A DNA stretch of 62,450 bases, the filler included, from Nemertoderma westbladi (Eukaryota > Animalia > Xenacoelomorpha): the NCBI GenBank assembly GCA_032718475.1. It is 3 parts of 3 records of this genome, joined end to end, with 100 filler letters (N's around TTAATTAATTAA, not from the genome) between each part and the next. Parts side by side here need not be neighbours in the genome. Positions count along the whole stretch, not along the records: positions 1 to 25,334 come from JAUCBJ010007704.1; 2 more parts are not named here. One strand, given 5' to 3'. The position numbers and the translations under genes are program-made. The notes under the pieces are model-generated. The model did not search any database. It was not told the origin of the DNA and saw nothing but the letters and a program-made list of their open reading frames with translations. How positions within the stretch are numbered: position 1 is the stretch's first letter; every line of letters begins with the position of its first letter. Shown here in pieces: positions 1 to 14,459 of this stretch.

Positions 1-879
1 GCAATATGCCTGATCCCTATTAAGGTACTTTGTACCGCCAATTCTGTAATTCAATAACGCAAAGCCGCGTTTACTGTACAGCAGCACGTAATATATTTGA
101 TACTTATTATACTAACTAAACTAACAAACCGCAAGGCCTACTTACCGAAATAAATTAACTTTCAGTTAAATACAATATACTTGTTTGCTCTGTAAAAATT
201 TTAATTAAAAACAATCCTGCCATTTAATATACCTAATTAGCATGGTTGCGTAAGCAGTATGAATTGGAATGAAATTGTGAAATAATTTATTTAAACTATT
301 ATGTACATTTAGATTAAATAATAATACAGTAAGTTGGCCTACAGAAATAAACATTGATATTCGGAACAGTAAAACAATTATTTATTTCATTCATTCAACT
401 AACCAGAGAGACTCGACTCATAGCTCCAGTGAATATTAACATCCCGAAGTTACTTTAGTAATAATATTAATGTCATTGAACCCGATACACACACATCTCC
501 AATCAGCCAGTTCAATGGAGAGTGAGTGAATGGATGGCTACCAGCAGCAGCAGCAGTCTGCCTCTTACAAGCGAGGCTGACTGAATACCTCAAGTGTTGC
601 TGGGAAACAAGCCAACTTGAGTTAACCAATAAATGAGCAGTATTTAATGAGAATACATTTTTTATGCCGGTTTAATTACTTTAGATCAATTAAAGACATG
701 ATTATTAAAGCAAATCACTTGAACTAATTAAAAACTATAATAGAATGGAGTATGCGGATTACATCTGTATATTTTTTAAGTATAATTATTGAAGTCTTAT
801 ACTGTAAAACAATTAATTTCCTTTAAAAGGCAGGTTGAAAATGGTGTTTTTACCGTAATCAACTTAATTAACTAATTAA

Positions 880-1110
880 CTGCTATTATCTTAGCTTCTC
901 GAAGGCCACACGGAAATTCTACTTGGAAAATTTCTAAACTTTTGCCAAACAACATGTGTACCAAGTTTGGATAGATTTCATCAAAGATTGGCCGAGTTAT
1001 TAACGTTTAAAATTGAACACGACAGAACGACAGAACGACAGAACGACAGAACGACAGGTTGATTAATGGTACCACTACGCTAAGGCTCACTCACTTCGTG
1101 GCTCGCCCCA
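880..1110. mobile_element. Possible Helentron-associated/DINE-like non-autonomous fragment with (GACAGAAC)n microsatellite
   Basis: tgtaccaagtttgg...gattggccgagtt is followed by about 4.5 copies of GACAGAAC (1021-1057) and a short GC-rich end (gctcactcacttcgtggctcgccc). This layout resembles DINE/HINE elements; the family call is inference. Confidence 0.35.
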
Positions 1111-1570
1111 CATTGAATACAGGCATGCCAGAATGAGTATTGTACAACATACCATACTGTGTACTATTTTACATGTGGAAAATTCCTCCATTACCGCCAA
1201 TTTTAAAATTAGCCAATCATCAATCTCAGATTAGATAATAGAAGTGACAGCAGCGTCTATCGCATAATGTTTATTTTATGTGACAAAATAACATTGTTCT
1301 GATATGTAACAAACCATGTTCTTAAAATGTTAGAACTAAACACTTATAAAACATTTTTGACTAATGTTTATGTTCTCACATTAAAATTACGTTTTTCTAA
1401 CATCAACAGTTATCATTTATTTAATGTCTGACAAAGACATTATAGAGTAATGTTAAAATAACATATATTGAACATCTAAATATTCTATCAAACAAGGGAA
1501 TGACATTTATCAACATTTATAACAAATTAATGATGTTTTTCTGACATTCCTCGAAAGTAAATTGTTTGCA

Positions 1571-1630
1571 GGGTAGCTGAATGGTTAGACTTCCAATCCG
1601 GAGGTCACCAGTTCGATCCCACCTGGACAT
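1571..1630 (+). mobile_element. tRNA-derived SINE head or tRNA pseudogene
   Basis: A-box-like TAGCTGAATGG, anticodon-arm-like GACTTCCAATCC and B-box GTTCGATCCC; no complete cloverleaf. Confidence 0.45.
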
Positions 1631-4600
1631 CATTGCCACATTGAAAGCCTATTCGCACATATAATATACAGTAAATGCAAAAAGTGACACTTTTAAACAG
1701 CCATGAATGCTGCTAGACTTGTAATCTAGTCTAAATTACAGAGGATACCGTAACCTATTTCCCCAAATAGAAGAATAACCTGGTTTGAAAGAGACGATGT
1801 ATTTAAGTCATATAGCAATATGCACATAAAGAAGTGTACTGACGCTGCAGCAATAAATAATGGAAATGGCAATGCAGAATTAGCATATTTATTTGCAGTA
1901 GTACAGTACATAGGCCTACATCGTATATGCATACAGATACTGGGAGTTTCTTCAAGTTTAATGAGGTCGAGACACTAAAACTAACTAATTTGTTCCCACC
2001 AATGAAGAGCTGGTGATGTGTCCATGAGAACTCTACGACTTCGAAATCTTCCACTGGATAAAAATTTCCTCGGCTGATCAACTCGTAATCGTTAACTATT
2101 GGACAAAGAATGGAGGTGACGAAACGCGTCGACCACTGTGTTTTCTCAAACCAATACGGCCATGGATTAGGAATTGCCACCTGGCTGCCATTATTCCAAG
2201 GAATACCATACAAGGAAAACCTCGATGTCTTTATAAATTTTAAATTTTTCAATTACAATTCACATTTCTCTGCCTCTTTTATATAAATGTTATTGCTTGG
2301 AGTTTTCAGTTTTACAATTGTCATAATTTATAACTTTTAAAATATAAAGGTTAGTAATCCCCATAAATTTCATTATTGCCAAAAGTCTCATTTTTTATTT
2401 AAAAAAATTATGGTTGATCCTTGTTGATTCAAGGATCTATTCACATATATTACAGTATTATGTACATATGAAACCTTAATATACATTTAATAGGCTTATA
2501 GAAGTAGATTGCATAGAAGCATGAAATGTCATCTGTGTGAAAAATGCGTAGACATTCATAACCTGATATTTACTTCACTTCGATAGACGTTATTTTCTCT
2601 CTTTTCTAGTTTAAACCAAATTTAAATTCAAATTTAATAAAATTCCTGTTGGTTTTATCCTATCATATGAAAAAATGAAAGAAACTTATCAAAATTTAAA
2701 AGTAGGTTTGTTTGGTAGTTTGGGCCTGTTCTACAAATAATCATAACAAATATGAGATAGAGAGTGTCACAGCCATATGTATCACTTGGAAATCGATTCG
2801 AGTATCTAACAATAATGATTTTAGAGATAACCTTGTTATTTTGATCAAAGTATTTTAATTTAATTGCGCCGTGAGAGTGGTATATAACTAACCACTAACC
2901 AGTTAAAGAGTATTTAAAATTAATTAATTAATAAATAGTATATAAGGTAATAATAATAAAAAAGGGTTAAAAATAGGCCTTTGTTTAGCTGGTAGACTCG
3001 GCCCAATATGTCATCAACTTAGTATTTTGGTTGCATTTTGATTTTTATCGAAATGAGAATGAGATAAGGGTGCTTCCAGTGCTGGATATTAATAGTAAAC
3101 AGAACAACAAAAATTGATTTCATTACAATAATATACATTATGTATTTTTCATTTCATATTGAATATATGCACACTGAAGTCAAAATGTTCCAGAGGGAAT
3201 ATGCACAAAGTGCGGTGCCCAAGAACTATACTCCAGAGGAAACTGGTTTAGATACCATTTAAAAATGCACAATCGCTCCTTGTCTAGTCCATTTAAAGCA
3301 TTCCCGTAGAAACGAAAACTCCGCTGGAACTCACATGTTAATCCATGGCAATGTGTGATACTTCTCGGGGCAGGAAATCTGTCCCACATAATGTAAATGA
3401 AGCTCAAATGTATTTTTTATTCAATAAATTTAGTTGATTTCATATTAGTTTACAGGTTTGTGAAAAATATTTTTAATTTTGTCCCAATATTATATGATGA
3501 CTTAGGTAAATTATGCAGAAATCTACCCAGTACTTCTAGCATTCTATCTATAATTAATTCACTAGCTTACAATAAATCTAAATTGGATGAGACATCTCGC
3601 TGCAACTTCTTTATTCAAATATACAGATTTATGTATTAAACACATTATATACACACACACTGCACAAAAGGCCTTCATAATAGAACATTGGAAATACTGG
3701 ATAAAACATGATAATTAGCATGTGTGTTTGTCACATAACTGAAACTGACGTTTATCGTTTGACATTTTCCACCAGCGGAGCAGTATTTCATCACAATACA
3801 CCAGTAGTTTATTTCTGTACCAGGGTACCAGGGTACCAGGGATACTTGGATTTTCCTGATATAGATGCTGCGAACTATCTTCTTTAGATTGCCTCGTGGG
3901 ACTTCGAAAGACACATAAACATCTGGTTACAGTATTATTTATATTTAAATTCAATAAGGGAGATTTGAAAATTAATCTTATTATAACACGAAACACATAA
4001 CTTCGCGATTATCGTAATCAGTTTGCTCTTTTATCATATAAATGTTAATCATAAAGATATAAAGTGTTTAGTGGTGTATAAACACATTTCCACATATGTG
4101 AATACAACAATGAACTAATGAACACATTATGTTTGCTGTATTATTTTGAATATTACTAAGGAGATAACACCAATTCGTGGTTAGATCAATATCATATTGA
4201 CTTATAAAAGCTCCATTTGGGCCAACCCTTGCAGTATGGCCTCTCGAGTCTGGTGACCCGAAAGAGAAATAAATTACAAGAGGACAACAGGGAGTGAGTC
4301 TCCGCAAAAGAATGTTATTGACTGGCCCCCATTTCTGTTTAAGCCAGGAATATCGCCAGGGCACAAGGTCGTTAACAAGCATATCCCTGTGGCGACAGCT
4401 GTGATTGGCTAGTAATTTAGCGGCGGGATTTTGGATAAAGATCCATATCATTGATAACAAAGATTTGAACGGCCAGTAAACCACCAATCCTTTGATTTGT
4501 ATCCTAATTGAAGAACATGTCGGTGTGCGCTGGATGGACCCCGCTAACCATCACGTCAGCTGCTCTGGATGGACCCCGTTAACCATCACGTCAGCACAAA

Positions 4601-5481
4601 ATCGCCTCGAAAAATGGCAGCGCTTTTGGAGGATGTGGTCAACTTGGAGGATGATTTCAGATCTTTGTCAGCTATGTCTTCTCGGTGGGATTGGAATGCA
4701 AGCCACAGTTCCACCACAACCATAAATTCATATACGATTAATAAGGCCAGTGAACCCTTTGTTACACGGCCCCTTTACTCCCCTTTTGCCTATACTTCTA
4801 CAATTATACATTTTTTCCCTAACAGGTTGAATTTATTGCAATAATGGTCCAAAGTGAGCTTCATCTCATCATATTTGAGCAACGATGCCTTTATGATACT
4901 TGGCAAAAATTGATGACAGCAAAAAGTCAAGGTTAGTTTTGAGCAATTTAATGCTAATACGTACTAGTGTTTACAACTTTATAAACTTTAGAAAACTAAA
5001 TTGTTGTGAAGAAAAACTGTTGTGCAGTATCAACTTATTGTAGTTTTGTTTCGACTAGAAATAATGATTTTTGTTGTGAATTTGATTAATTTTGATGTTG
5101 TGAATTGTGAACTCAATTAATATTCTGTAGAAGCTCTTTGCATGGCCTGTCGATACATCGTAATAGGCCTATTGCATAGCCGTGAAATATAAAGTCAGGC
5201 GCCAGGAGGGGAATAATTTGTGTAAAATTTATGTGGAACGTGTTGTATGTACGGAAAGTTTCAGTAATGCCGTTATAGCTTTTAGTAACATACATCTTCA
5301 TGCACTGCACAAGTATACAATATACATACAAAACCGGTTATGAATTCACTATTAACAATGGGATATATTTAATATAATTAAACAAAGTGGGCCTATATTA
5401 ATTGTAACTCGGTATCATATGCTAGATAATAGGCCTACATACTACATAGGCTTGACAACACTTTTACATTAAAATATTACT

Positions 5482-6230
5482 TTATTATTATTATTATTAG
5501 CGCTCTTTAATGGTAAAAAATACAACAATTTATACAAACAAATAAAACACGTTAGAGGGAGACCACCACTAGGCACCAGGCACTTACAGTGTAGGTTTAA
5601 AGTTCACTATACATACAGTAGATTTATGAGTATACATACAGTAGGATGTCGAATTTCGGACGATACAATGAAAACACATGTAAAAACAGCAATAACAATT
5701 TTGAAGAAAAACGGATTTATAAAAATTTTCAGAAATAAAATCATTTCAGCTACACTCACGGACGGTAAGAAATTGGGTATAAGTAAAACTAAAATTTGGA
5801 CCATGGATGATATGAACAATAATTAAATTATATCAGATAAAGTAATAATATCAGATATCAAAGTTACAGAAAGGCATAAAATCGAAATCAAGTAGCAAAT
5901 GAGAAAATATTGAAATTGATTTTGCACCAACAGTTTCAGACGGCAAGGAGTTCCAGAGCGGCACAACACGATTTGAAAAATAATGTTTTTATCTGCAGCC
6001 GACAGCGAGGTACAAAAAGCTTTTGGTTGTGGCCTCTCAGACCTGAACGAGGCGGCTCAGAAAAGTACTGGGCGCTCTCAAGATCTACCAGTCCGTGTTT
6101 TATACGGTAGACCATCTTTAAATCGAAAACATGTCTACGTACCTCTAGCGGCTGCAAATTCAAAAAATGTAAGCGATCAATATAAGTAGCGGGGGACAGA
6201 TTGCACCTAAGAAAGAGTCGCCTACTTACC
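5482..6230 (-). mobile_element. 3' end of a CR1/L2-group LINE (RT C-terminus, 3' UTR, (TAA)n tail)
   Basis: Translation YIDRLHFLNLQPLEVRRHVFDLKMVYRIKHGL...LRGHNQKL, then after a frameshift NRVVPLWNSLP. This is a typical CR1/L2 ORF2 C-terminus; simple-repeat tail at 5482-5500. Confidence 0.8.
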
Positions 6231-8751
6231 TGAACCCAGATTCCTTTCCATAAATCTTAAAAGACTAAATTTAATGGATCCCTAAGTGTATGATGGGAGT
6301 ATATTTCGAGAGATGCCGCACCAAAGTGATAAAGATGAACCCTTCATGTGAAAATATTAAATATAAATTAGTTTATGACTATGTTATACAGTATATTATC
6401 TATATATATATATATTGCTATTTATATTTTTTGCCTGAGAAGAATACTCCTAACTAGGAAGACCTGTGTATATCGATCCGCAATTATTGTCATCTATAAC
6501 ATTTCATTTTAGAGAGAAAAAAGTGACATCGTTAATTACTGGAATAATTTTAGCCATCGCAATTCCACGCCGCAATCCTACTGTGCAGATTACAACTTCT
6601 CTATACAAACATATATATATTATTTACAATTTACGTTTTAAGAACAAAGCCTGTATATCATGTTCTATAGTAATAATAAATATTTGCAGTCATAACATTA
6701 ATTAAATCCATATATTAATTATATAGATCCTTGCAGAGTTAATAAATCCATGTTGTCACAGACCGACCATTGTTCCATTCTATTTACTTTTGTGTGTAGT
6801 TGAAGGAATATAGTTTACTCAGGTTTTTTTTTTCATTTCCTTAAAATTCGAAATAAATCTGTGAACACTTTATTATATCATGAAAGGTCTTTTGAAATAT
6901 TTTGAACAAAATAGCCAGTTATTGACATAGAAATAAAATATTATTTTAAGAACTGTATAGCCCTTGACAAGAACCAACAATTATCTCAATTTATAAGCAT
7001 TCAGTTGGGTTTGAAGCTGTCATCTTTAGGTAATCCTCACGGGCAATAGATTTTATGACATTCCTGGGTTGGGCCTGACCGAACAGCAACCTAATTTCTT
7101 TCCTGTAATTTCCACCGTAATCGCAGAAACGTAGGGAGAGTGGTGCGATAAGCGGGTTAAGTAGGAACCGGGCGCTCATTGCCACGATAAGCCATCATAT
7201 TCACTGCCCGAATTCATCATCACGGACGATGTTCCTCAATCCTAAGACTTTATCTAATTTTGAACGGAATTAATGCCCACAAGTTTCACTGTTGTTGTTA
7301 CTAAGGGAAAATTTATGGAATTTTTAACATTCAGTTTAACATTCCCGTTTCGCGATTTGAATTTATTAAAATTTTCACATGAATGCCTCAGGAAAACACA
7401 ATGACACATTACAAGGGACATACAACTAAGGTTACTGGTTATTTCAAGCAGGAATTAGAATACCAAGTAGCTATCACATTACACATTGGGATAATCCTGT
7501 GTAAGCCCCCTCAATGATGAGAATTTGCTTCTTCGCATCGAGTTGCAGCTACTATATTTTGATTAAATGCTCCGAGGATATTGCAGTCCCCTCCATCATA
7601 CTATTTAAGTAAATACAAATACACTTGTTCCAGTGACACCCCAGAAAGCTGTTGTTCGGTTCAAGTAAAGCTAATTTATTAGAAATGTTACTGTTTGGGT
7701 GAATTTCGAGATTGGATTTAACTGTTTTGGGCTTTTAAGCAGTAGCTAATGACAACCGAGTTGACATGTAGTCTCAGTCACCCACTACAAAACATTAAGA
7801 GTAGGATGCATAATTTGGAATGTAGTACATCGCGAAAGTTTCTATCATTGTTGTGTATTTAATTTCGAAACTGTAATCAATGGGGTGAAAGGAAATTGTA
7901 AAAATGAAAGTGTGAAGTGAAAGAATTTATCCTTTCTCTCAAAGTATAAATCTTTATCGCATAGGAAACTCTCTATGAATTTAAGCAAATCTCGTCACTG
8001 AACCAACGAACTGGTTTCTTTAAGTGTTTTTTAAAACAATTCTTTACTTTTTCAACAAAAGTCAAACTTCTTTCAGGAACAGGTTATCCTTAATCCTTAA
8101 TCTCAAGTTATTAATTATTAAGTATATCTACTCGAATGGAACAGCTTTTTATCACGACTACTGTAATGTCGTATGGAATTAGTTATATCTGATGGAATAA
8201 GTAATCCACACGGGTTCATTTTATTGAGGCGATACTGTATTTGCAGTATTATGTATTAGTTTTTTGATGGAAGAAGTTGATCGCACACCTGTCTGTTGTC
8301 CTAGTAGTAATGCATGTGCCTGTAGTAACTAAACTTTCAATCAGGACTTCAATACGCAGCACGCTCCGGTCCTACACGGTTTCTGCCTTAATTCTCTGAA
8401 ATTAACAAATCAACCGATACATGACTACAGACTATCACTTTAGAGAAACAGACGATACTTATACTGTAAATTAATATATTAGGTTCCCAGTATCGTCAAT
8501 ATTCATTGTTGACAGACTGACGTCACAGATTGTTGTAATTCACGATGCACTTTCTCAAAGCTGGATAAAACCCTCGACAAGAATAAGATAATTCATAGCA
8601 ATCAGTATTCAACTTCATACATTTTCATTCCACTGTCTTACTCTGACAAATCATATAATAAGAGTTGATGAAACCCATGACTGTAGGCATTTCATCGGGA
8701 TCACAGCATACCTAGCCTTCTACGGGGTGGGAGGGGGGGGGGGGGGGGGGG

Positions 8752-9085
8752 AGTTTGCCAATGAGAGGGGCCACTTACCGGTAAGGCTAATTCCTTTATC
8801 TTCCGCAATCTCAGTCACGTATACGGACTGAGTGGTACCCGCGAGCGGGGAATAACGCAGCGGGGTACAGCTATCAGGCAACTGACATATCGGCGCGTTA
8901 TCTAGTGCACTTGCCGAGGCCCAACGTCCCATCTCAATTAAGGCTAATTTGATTCCAGCCCTCATCAGCGAGGCACTCTCTTGAGGTAGCCGCTCAGATT
9001 GAGCAACCAGTATAAAGGTTGCCGTTACCCTAACCCCTATGGAATATACTGGGCTGTTAACAAGCCGACGGCTAATTGGCCACAT
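8752..9085. other. GC-rich multi-hairpin element (SINE, retroelement UTR or structured ncRNA)
   Basis: Visible stems: ctcagtc/gactgag, gtaccc/gggtac, tcggc/gccga, gcaacc/ggttgc; next to a long G run. Confidence 0.3.
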
Positions 9086-10680
9086 TAATGAGTTTTACTG
9101 CTCAATGCTCACCCATTCAATTATATTATTATTGGTTATAAAATTGTTCTATAAACTTGTTCGTAAGTTGCTTTCGTATAAACAAATATGTGAAGCGTAA
9201 CTAATGTTGATCCTTAACGAATTTGCAAAAATTTTCTCTTTCCATAATCATGAACTTTGTTATTCATAGCCGTGTCTCGGTTCTTGGATCTCGATTCGAA
9301 TTGTTTAACCATCAAGAAAATGTTTTAATTTACTGTTTTGACACTTTAATATATTTTAAATATTATATTACATATTAGTTATAATAATAATAATAATATA
9401 TATTATTATTATTTTGTGGTATACCACTATTTTTCCTACTTATCCTTTTGAAATTTAAATTTATTGTGATCCATCGAGGCCAATATACAGGAGCCTCCGG
9501 AGCCCTGACAACATCATGTCGCTTTGTTTCACTATCCATTTATATCAATTCGAAAGTTTTTGTTTCGGAATGAATGCTATAAAGAGATTAGCCAGTGTGC
9601 ATCTTTAAATGGTAATATTATCACACAACCAGTTCTGGGAGGACAGCACTGGAAACAGATCATACTTCATAGATAATCCCCGGCCTAATATGCCGTATAA
9701 TATGCCAGTGTGAAGAATTCAAATTTTCACTTTTTGTTCTAAAATCCAAAATCCAAAATCTATTTTTATTCATCATAAATTTGTAACTCCTCCCTCAGTG
9801 TGTTATTTATCTAAAATCCATTATTGTGACCGAATCTAACATAAATAATTCATAAATAATATTTTAGCTCAGACCGTTGACAATATTTGGGTAAATTACA
9901 TTCAATGATAGCGCCCACCTCAGCCATTGCAGTTCATCAATTCCGCATTGTCCTAGGCAATTACCATAGGTAGTTTTTTTATTAATTATTTATAAAGGTA
10001 TGGAAATGCTGGAGCACATACATACATACATACATACATACTAGGCCTACATGTCATCATTGTTGAAGAAAATGTATAAATAATTTACTCATCCACATTA
10101 ATTACCTCAACCGTATGAAGAGTCAATACTAAAATCAATTTATAAACTTAAAGATATTTGTAATCTCAGACACAAAGTAGAGAATCAACACATATCTTTA
10201 TTTTAACTTTAACTTATACATTTAAATTTTAATGACCAACTATATATACCTACCCTGCTGAGTGCCTATAGTGACATTATTGAAGAAAAAATTTTGAAGA
10301 AAAAAATACTAACTCATGTATTAGCTAACACATGAGTACATGTTAGAAAAATATATTTTTCTTCAAAATCATGTCTCTTTAGGAGCTTCGCACTACCCTT
10401 TATTTTTAACCTATTTACAAACATTTTAACAAGGTCATCCTGGTTTTGAGTTATAAGATGGTCATAATAGTGACTCTAACTTATAGTCAACTTAGTATAT
10501 CCTATCGTGTTGCATATTCATACAGTGCAAATATTATGAACGGATCTGCATACTGCACTGCATTCTGCATTCATACTGCACTGCATTCATAGTGTGTAGA
10601 GAAATGTGATGTGGAATATGCATATCGTTACCTGTTCCGTCTCCCTTTGGGAATCTCTCTCTACATTTCCTGGCTTGGCC

Positions 10681-10770
10681 TCCTGAGAATGCCTTCAGTT
10701 GCGGGGCGAAACCTACCGATCAGCTGGCTGCCGTCAGCTGATCACTGATTGTATGCAACGTCTAGCTCTT
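10681..10770 (+). ncRNA. Degenerate Penelope-type hammerhead-like motif
   Basis: CTGAGAAT-GCCTT-loop-GGGGC-GAAAC, followed by a perfect 9-bp hairpin gatcagctg/cagctgatc. The core departs from CUGANGA and stem I is not closed. Confidence 0.25.
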
Positions 10771-13575
10771 GTTGCTTTTTAGTTTTATACATACTTTGGC
10801 ACTGACATACCTACCGATAAGGTTTTTACTTAACGTGCTTAATTAATAAATAAAATACAATTAACTCTTTATTATTGGATTTTCAAGCTTCTACTTCAAC
10901 TAGAGGGAAACATATCAGGCCTAATTTGTAGGCTGCAGCTCTACATCTAGGATTGTTCAAGTGTTGGTATACATTATTTTGTTTCAGTTTCAGCGAGTCT
11001 ATGGACGTGGTCTACGATTCAAAGTAACACTGCGTTGAAAGACGTGCTTCGTGGGTGCTGCCAATTAGACTGGTTATGGGCTCGGGCGCATGAAGATTTC
11101 CTTAATGACGTTAGTATGGAAATATGATAAGTGGATTCATTTAATATGCCGTCTCGGCGAATTCATGATGTTAAATAAAATTTAAGGGAAAGGAGCATGT
11201 TACAGTGACCAATACAACAAACGAGAGTCAATAGCACATGTTAGAAGATTCCATTTTGATTGCGTACAGACAGCCAAACTATGTAACTGGAAAATATGTG
11301 ATGTAATATTGCGAAATTGTGAAAACTAGCAAAAAGGAAATTAATTTCTAGTCTTGTTTCGAAACACTGTCACAAAAACATGATCCTTTCTCATAAAATA
11401 AAAATTGAAATAAAAATACATTAAAACACATTTTATAGATATATGTAGGCCTATATATATATTGTGTAGTTATAAACACACGTCTTTTTGTGAACATTTT
11501 CAACCCCTTACTCATCAATATAAATGCAATCATATCGTTCATCGCTGTCTATCACTACAACGCTCTCCGACAGGGCGCGAGGTTTCCTTCCTATTACGTG
11601 AAAAGCAATTGAATTATCGTCTGGGTGATTGGGGATGATCCTCTGGGGAACATTGTATATAGGGTGGACACGCGTCCGGCAATAGCTAGGCATACACTAC
11701 TCGCACAAACTGAAAAAATTTAATGAGAGGACAAGAGATTCTGATTACACTACCGGGATTGTATAGGAAACATTGTAGCACTGTGGAAGTAAACCATTAT
11801 TGGATTAGCAGCCTTCATCCCATGTAGGCCAATACTGTTTGCCTATGTAGTGCATCTGGAAGTACAGTATATGGGAGGTATAAAGTTTAATCATCTATCA
11901 GGCAAGATGAGTACAAGAATACAAATGATATAGCTTACTAATCCACTGTAACATTACATTTGTAGTTCTCTCGTAGCCTATAGCTATAATATATCAGAAA
12001 TGACAAATAAGATAAATCACAATAGTATATTAATACTGACTTACAGACAGGGTTTATCTACTGAAAATTTTGGTTATACATTAATAACTTGCCAGCGTAT
12101 AATACACTGCATAATTAAAACGCTAGAGCGCAGATCTAAACCATTCTCACAATTTTGTACCAGAGAACATCCACCACTGCTGTACTGGTGGCCGGGAGGC
12201 ACTATTATTAATGACTTGGAGAAAAGGCCAATCAACCACCAAGGTTTAAGGCCCACTTTAAGAAGCTCCATAAACAATGACAGTGTTACCTGAAAACTTT
12301 GTGGTGCCAAAGTTCAAGGTACCTATGCTGTGCTCACAGATATCCCCATTAGGGATATCACCTTCGCTGAAATCAAGAATGCTGCAAAGAGCATCAATAT
12401 ACAAATGTTCTTAGCCTTGTATGTTTGGCAAATCGTTGGATACATTAATAAATTTGGCATAGGATTGTTAGATATTTTCAAATTTAAAAAAAAAATGAGG
12501 CATAGCTTGTTACAGTAGTTGAACAAAAGCCATGCGGATTACAAATTATTTGTAAGACTTATCGGATTTAATCAGTTTTTCAATTCGGGTACCGCCGTAT
12601 TCAGGAAAGGGTTAAATTCATTAATTAATATGATGTGCCTATATTGGATTATCATTATTCCCCAACCCCCTATCCCGTTCCTATGAAGTATATAGACGTA
12701 GTATATAGAAGCATATAGACAGCTTAAATAATGAACAAAAAGAAGAGCTTTTTTCGAAAATAATCAATTAAACCTAACGGTGGCGATATTGGCAAACGCA
12801 CTCCATCTCCATTCCATGTAACCAAACTACTTGGCTTTTTGAGAAAGGAACGCAATAACCCGCGTGCGGTAGGGGTTGTTTGTTCGACGCCCCTGGGGGT
12901 GGGCTGTTCTGTTTGAGGAGCAACTATAATGGGCGCAGCGGGATTATATTGATGTGGCACGCGCGCACACAGCACCCCCTTTAAATTCGGCTTAAACGTA
13001 TGTATTTGGAATGGTGTGAGCTATTGTTTTACGACTCCGGTAACCCGTGGCTAGTGCCAATATCAGTTGCCAACCCTATAACTTGCGGTAATTAAAGACA
13101 GCAGCTGAGATACAGTAAAAATCGATACGCCATGCCACAAGGTTCAGCTAAATAACGCAAGGCTATTTATTAAATTAATACCAATGCCACATTAATAGGC
13201 TATGGATATCAAGTAATATTAACTAAAACCAATTACCTTTATTTTATTCTTAAATTTTAACTTGAAATCATAATTTAGGTAATTATTGCTATAAATTAAT
13301 GTTGGGAGAGGTTTTGTTTATATGTTTGTAGGTTTTTGTATGTAACTAATTAATTCTAAATGACATTCAACATACGCATTACTATTCATAAAAATAACAC
13401 GTAGGCCTAATACGTTTTTCCATTTTGTTTTTAGTTTATTTTGAATTAAAATACAAAAGTATACTGTCAGTAACCATAGTCATTGTTGTTTACATTTAAC
13501 TCTTTACATAAATGAAGTAACACTTTACATCGCGCTGATCTAAGTGGTTTATAACACGAACGAGCGTAGTGAGCA

Positions 13576-13619
13576 CTACTACTACATAATCGACTTGCTG
13601 CATTGAAGCTGCATTCTAA
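13576..13619 (-). mobile_element. Extremely 5'-truncated RTE copy (3' UTR and (TAG)n tail only)
   Basis: ctactactac...tgctgcattgaagctgcatt matches the 3' ends of the RTE copies at 35529 and 53458. Confidence 0.5.
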
Positions 13620-13699
13620 ATCGGTTTTTCTAAAATTTGTTTTGAGATATATCGAACCTGCCTATTAATAGCCCAGGGTAGTTCTTGTCAACCTGCCTA

Positions 13700-13780
13700 T
13701 TAACCCTTTCGGTACCATGGCACATACGTCTGTTCCATGGGTATTGCGCCATGACACACACGTCTGTTCCATGACATTTA
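13700..13780 (+). mobile_element. piggyBac-like left terminus
   Basis: TTAA|CCCTTT followed by two subterminal repeats (cacatacgtctgttccatg / cacacacgtctgttccatg); no matching right end seen downstream. Confidence 0.3.
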
Positions 13781-14459
13781 TTCGATTTCTAAGAAGGGAA
13801 AATGTTGCTGGACTATTAAGTACATGCTTCTATATGTTAGCGACGCATTTCAGCTTGTATCTAATGTAATTTAACTACTGTAGGCCTACTGCAGACCTGC
13901 TTACAGACTGCCAGACTTTAGCAATAACAGAATAAAGCAGTACTGCAGTAAGGTAGGCCTAAACTGACGAAACAGCCTAAACAAAAAAGCCTAAACAGAC
14001 TGACCGACAGACAGTCTGGATAGGGTCAAAAGTGAAAACTGACAGCGGAAATGAAATGGATAACGATGTGGTTATGTGTGTGTGTATGTATAACCATCCA
14101 ATATCTCAAAAACTCAAGCAGGTACGCAAAAATTTTAATAACAAACTCTCCATAAATTTTGGTTGCGTACAAGACTGTATATTTTTTGTGGCGTTTCGAT
14201 CACGGAGTCACTGAAAAATAGGGGTTTTGAAAATTTAAAGTCGAATTTCACCCATTTCAACTCGTCGAGTATGCACCAACTTTTTTATTTGAGATATTCA
14301 GTCATCTGAGCAACATATTTGAGCCTCAGAATCTTTTCAAATATCGCCTATCTCGCACAGAACGTCGCCAAAATTTGTTAGTCCGGCAAAAAATTTAGAA
14401 TGTAAATTATTTAGTTGGGGAATAATATGATTCAACTAGAAAAGCCAGCCAGCTGGCTG

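Larger units (their letters stand above)
1988..12290 (-). pseudogene. Candidate decayed multi-exon gene of unknown product
   Basis: Several GC-richer blocks bounded by AG/GT on the - strand (about 1988-2229, 8288-8395, 11511-11709, 12046-12290). Most contain in-frame stops and no family is recognised. Confidence 0.2.

Noticed and set aside
1571-1630. Functional tRNA gene (also considered for 52360-52432 and ~32480-32510)
   Set aside because: Only A/B boxes or a T-arm are present; acceptor and anticodon stems do not form.
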